Origin: Spongospora subterranea f. sp. subterranea
Taxonomy: Eukaryota
DNA length: 64,000 nucleotides
Assembly: GCA_049724395.1 (NCBI GenBank)
Contig: JAUGWO010000112.1
Coordinates: 124,001-188,000, forward strand
Direction of reading: 5' to 3'
The notes under the pieces were generated by a model that was given only the letters and a program-made list of their open reading frames with translations, did not search any database and was not told the origin of the DNA. The position numbers and the translations under genes are program-made. Shown in pieces: positions 62,688 through 64,000 of this stretch (within the stretch, counting starts at the first letter, position 1; each line of letters begins with the position of its first letter).

Positions 62688-63120
62688 TTAGTGTTTGGGT
62701 TTGGTTAATGACCCATCCCCGCCCATACAGTTTGGTGATGGGTTTACTGTTGGGTTGTTGGCCCATTGCTCCGGGGTCTTCGCCACGATCGACAATGCAT
62801 GCACGCCGGAGTTCAGTTCTGCTTCAAGCGCTTTTTGCACGGCTCGATGCCGAGCTAATAATGGCTGACCATTGAAGGATTCCGACACTATCACCACTTT
62901 GAAATGTGTCTAAGCCGTTTGTTAACAAGTACAGTTGAGGTTTGACATAAAGAGTGGTTTATACTTCTGAGTGTTTGGGAACATTGTGAAACTTGCTTTC
63001 GTTGATCACGTCTAGATATAGTGGATTGAATACTGATGTGAGTTTATCGGTAATGATACGAGAGATGGGGGATCTGGCGGCATATGCTGTTGAAACCATT
63101 GACCTCAATCCGGTAATCAT
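62688..63120 (-). CDS. BOLA1: BolA-family protein (BOLA1-like), 2 exons
   Basis: LDVINESKFHNVPKHSE|THFKVVIVSESFNGQPLLARHRAV...GVHALSIVAKTPEQW...SPNCMGG. Confidence 0.92.
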
Positions 63121-63250
63121 TTCAAAAAACCAGTCCGTGACGGTGATTGCCAATCAGCTATCACTTATCACCGCCCAGTCCATCACCATAGCGCCACACA
63201 TCATTGATACTACCTATAAATATGTTATTTTATCTATGGCTCTATACGGG

Positions 63251-64000
63251 CTAAGGCAAAATCGGGAGGTCGCGGTATTGTTCATGTTCGTGCGAACGAG
63301 ATGTTATTGATTTGTCATCAATGATCAATAAGGGGACTTGCAGGTTGCTCGAAATGAATGATGCCCCAGACCAATCCACTCTTCTGGTCCCGTTGGCGCT
63401 CATACCTCCTTCGTCATTAATGGGAGACCAGTTTTGTTTTCTTTGACGACGCAAAGGAGATTGTCTAGATATCACAGACAAATGAGGTGCCCCCGGGAGC
63501 ACTGCGCCAGGTGGCGAAATAGGACGGACAATCGTTCCGGGGCTGCATTCTGATTGAGGTCGCAGACGCAACGCAACTTGTTGATATTGGTTTTGTAAAG
63601 TATGAAGCTGTTTTTCCAAACTATTTTTTTGAGATTCTGTTTTCTGAACTCGAACGAGGGCCTGTTTAGCCTCGGCTTTGGCCTGATCATCTCAGATCAA
63701 TAAAATTATTCAGCGATATGAGTTAGTCATACCGCATTCAATTGGCTCCTCATTTGATTCAGTTCAGCAGTTTTATCTCGAAGTTTCTTTTTCTGTTCAT
63801 AAACAATGGAGAGACTTTCTTCTTGATGGTTAACGAACTTTGCGGCGATATTCAACCACTTGTCCTGAAAGTAATTAAACGATAAACGTACATCGTATGC
63901 TGAAGCCAATGGATAATTACCCTTTCACCTTCTAATCCTATCATATCTGAGTTCAGTTTGTTATTGATGGCTTTAACGGCGGCAATATCGTGTTCGAAAC
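63251..64000 (-). CDS. 3' part of a coiled-coil protein, possibly HEI10/CCNB1IP1-like (5' end outside window)
   Basis: Spliced ...DMIGLEGER|DKWLNIAAKFVNHQEES... then coiled coil and a Pro/Ser tail; resembles the HEI10 post-RING segment (GL.P......A..FW..Q). The RING domain is not in the window. Confidence 0.35.

Noticed and set aside
60696..63120. Functional cluster of lipoyl protein and BolA
   Set aside because: The BolA is BOLA1-like and is separated by RPL11; adjacency is likely chance in a gene-dense genome.

Overview
Eukaryotic genomic DNA of moderate GC with dense genes split by short (mostly ~40-60 nt) spliceosomal introns, alternating with blocks of heavily decayed transposons. The style suggests a compact protist genome (possibly a plasmodiophorid/Rhizarian; not verified). 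Genes recognised by manual splicing and motif recall: AsnRS, a MAD1-like coiled-coil gene, TEN1, RAB3GAP2, BUD13, two tandem paralogues with AIM/LIR-like motifs, importin-4, aspartyl aminopeptidase, a compact RBR E3 ligase, thioredoxin, a GCK/MIA40-like twin-Cys protein, an LRR protein, a UBA2-like RRM protein, UFD2/UBE4B, a lipoyl-domain::KGD4/MRPS36 fusion, RPL11, BolA and a partial HEI10-like gene. TE relics resemble Ty1/copia, Ty3/gypsy, PIF/Harbinger, hAT, piggyBac, Tc1-like and Crypton (tyrosine recombinase) families, and there are two non-coding minisatellites. The most notable items are (i) a mitochondrial lipoyl-carrier fused to the KGD4 E3-adaptor motifs with no E2 catalytic core, (ii) a thioredoxin head-to-head with a CxxC-type MIA40/GCK-like gene, (iii) the conserved tandem pair of putative autophagy-receptor-like genes, and (iv) repeated local inverted duplication of TE fragments. 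All assignments come from reading the sequence; no database searches were run, and exon boundaries are manual inferences.
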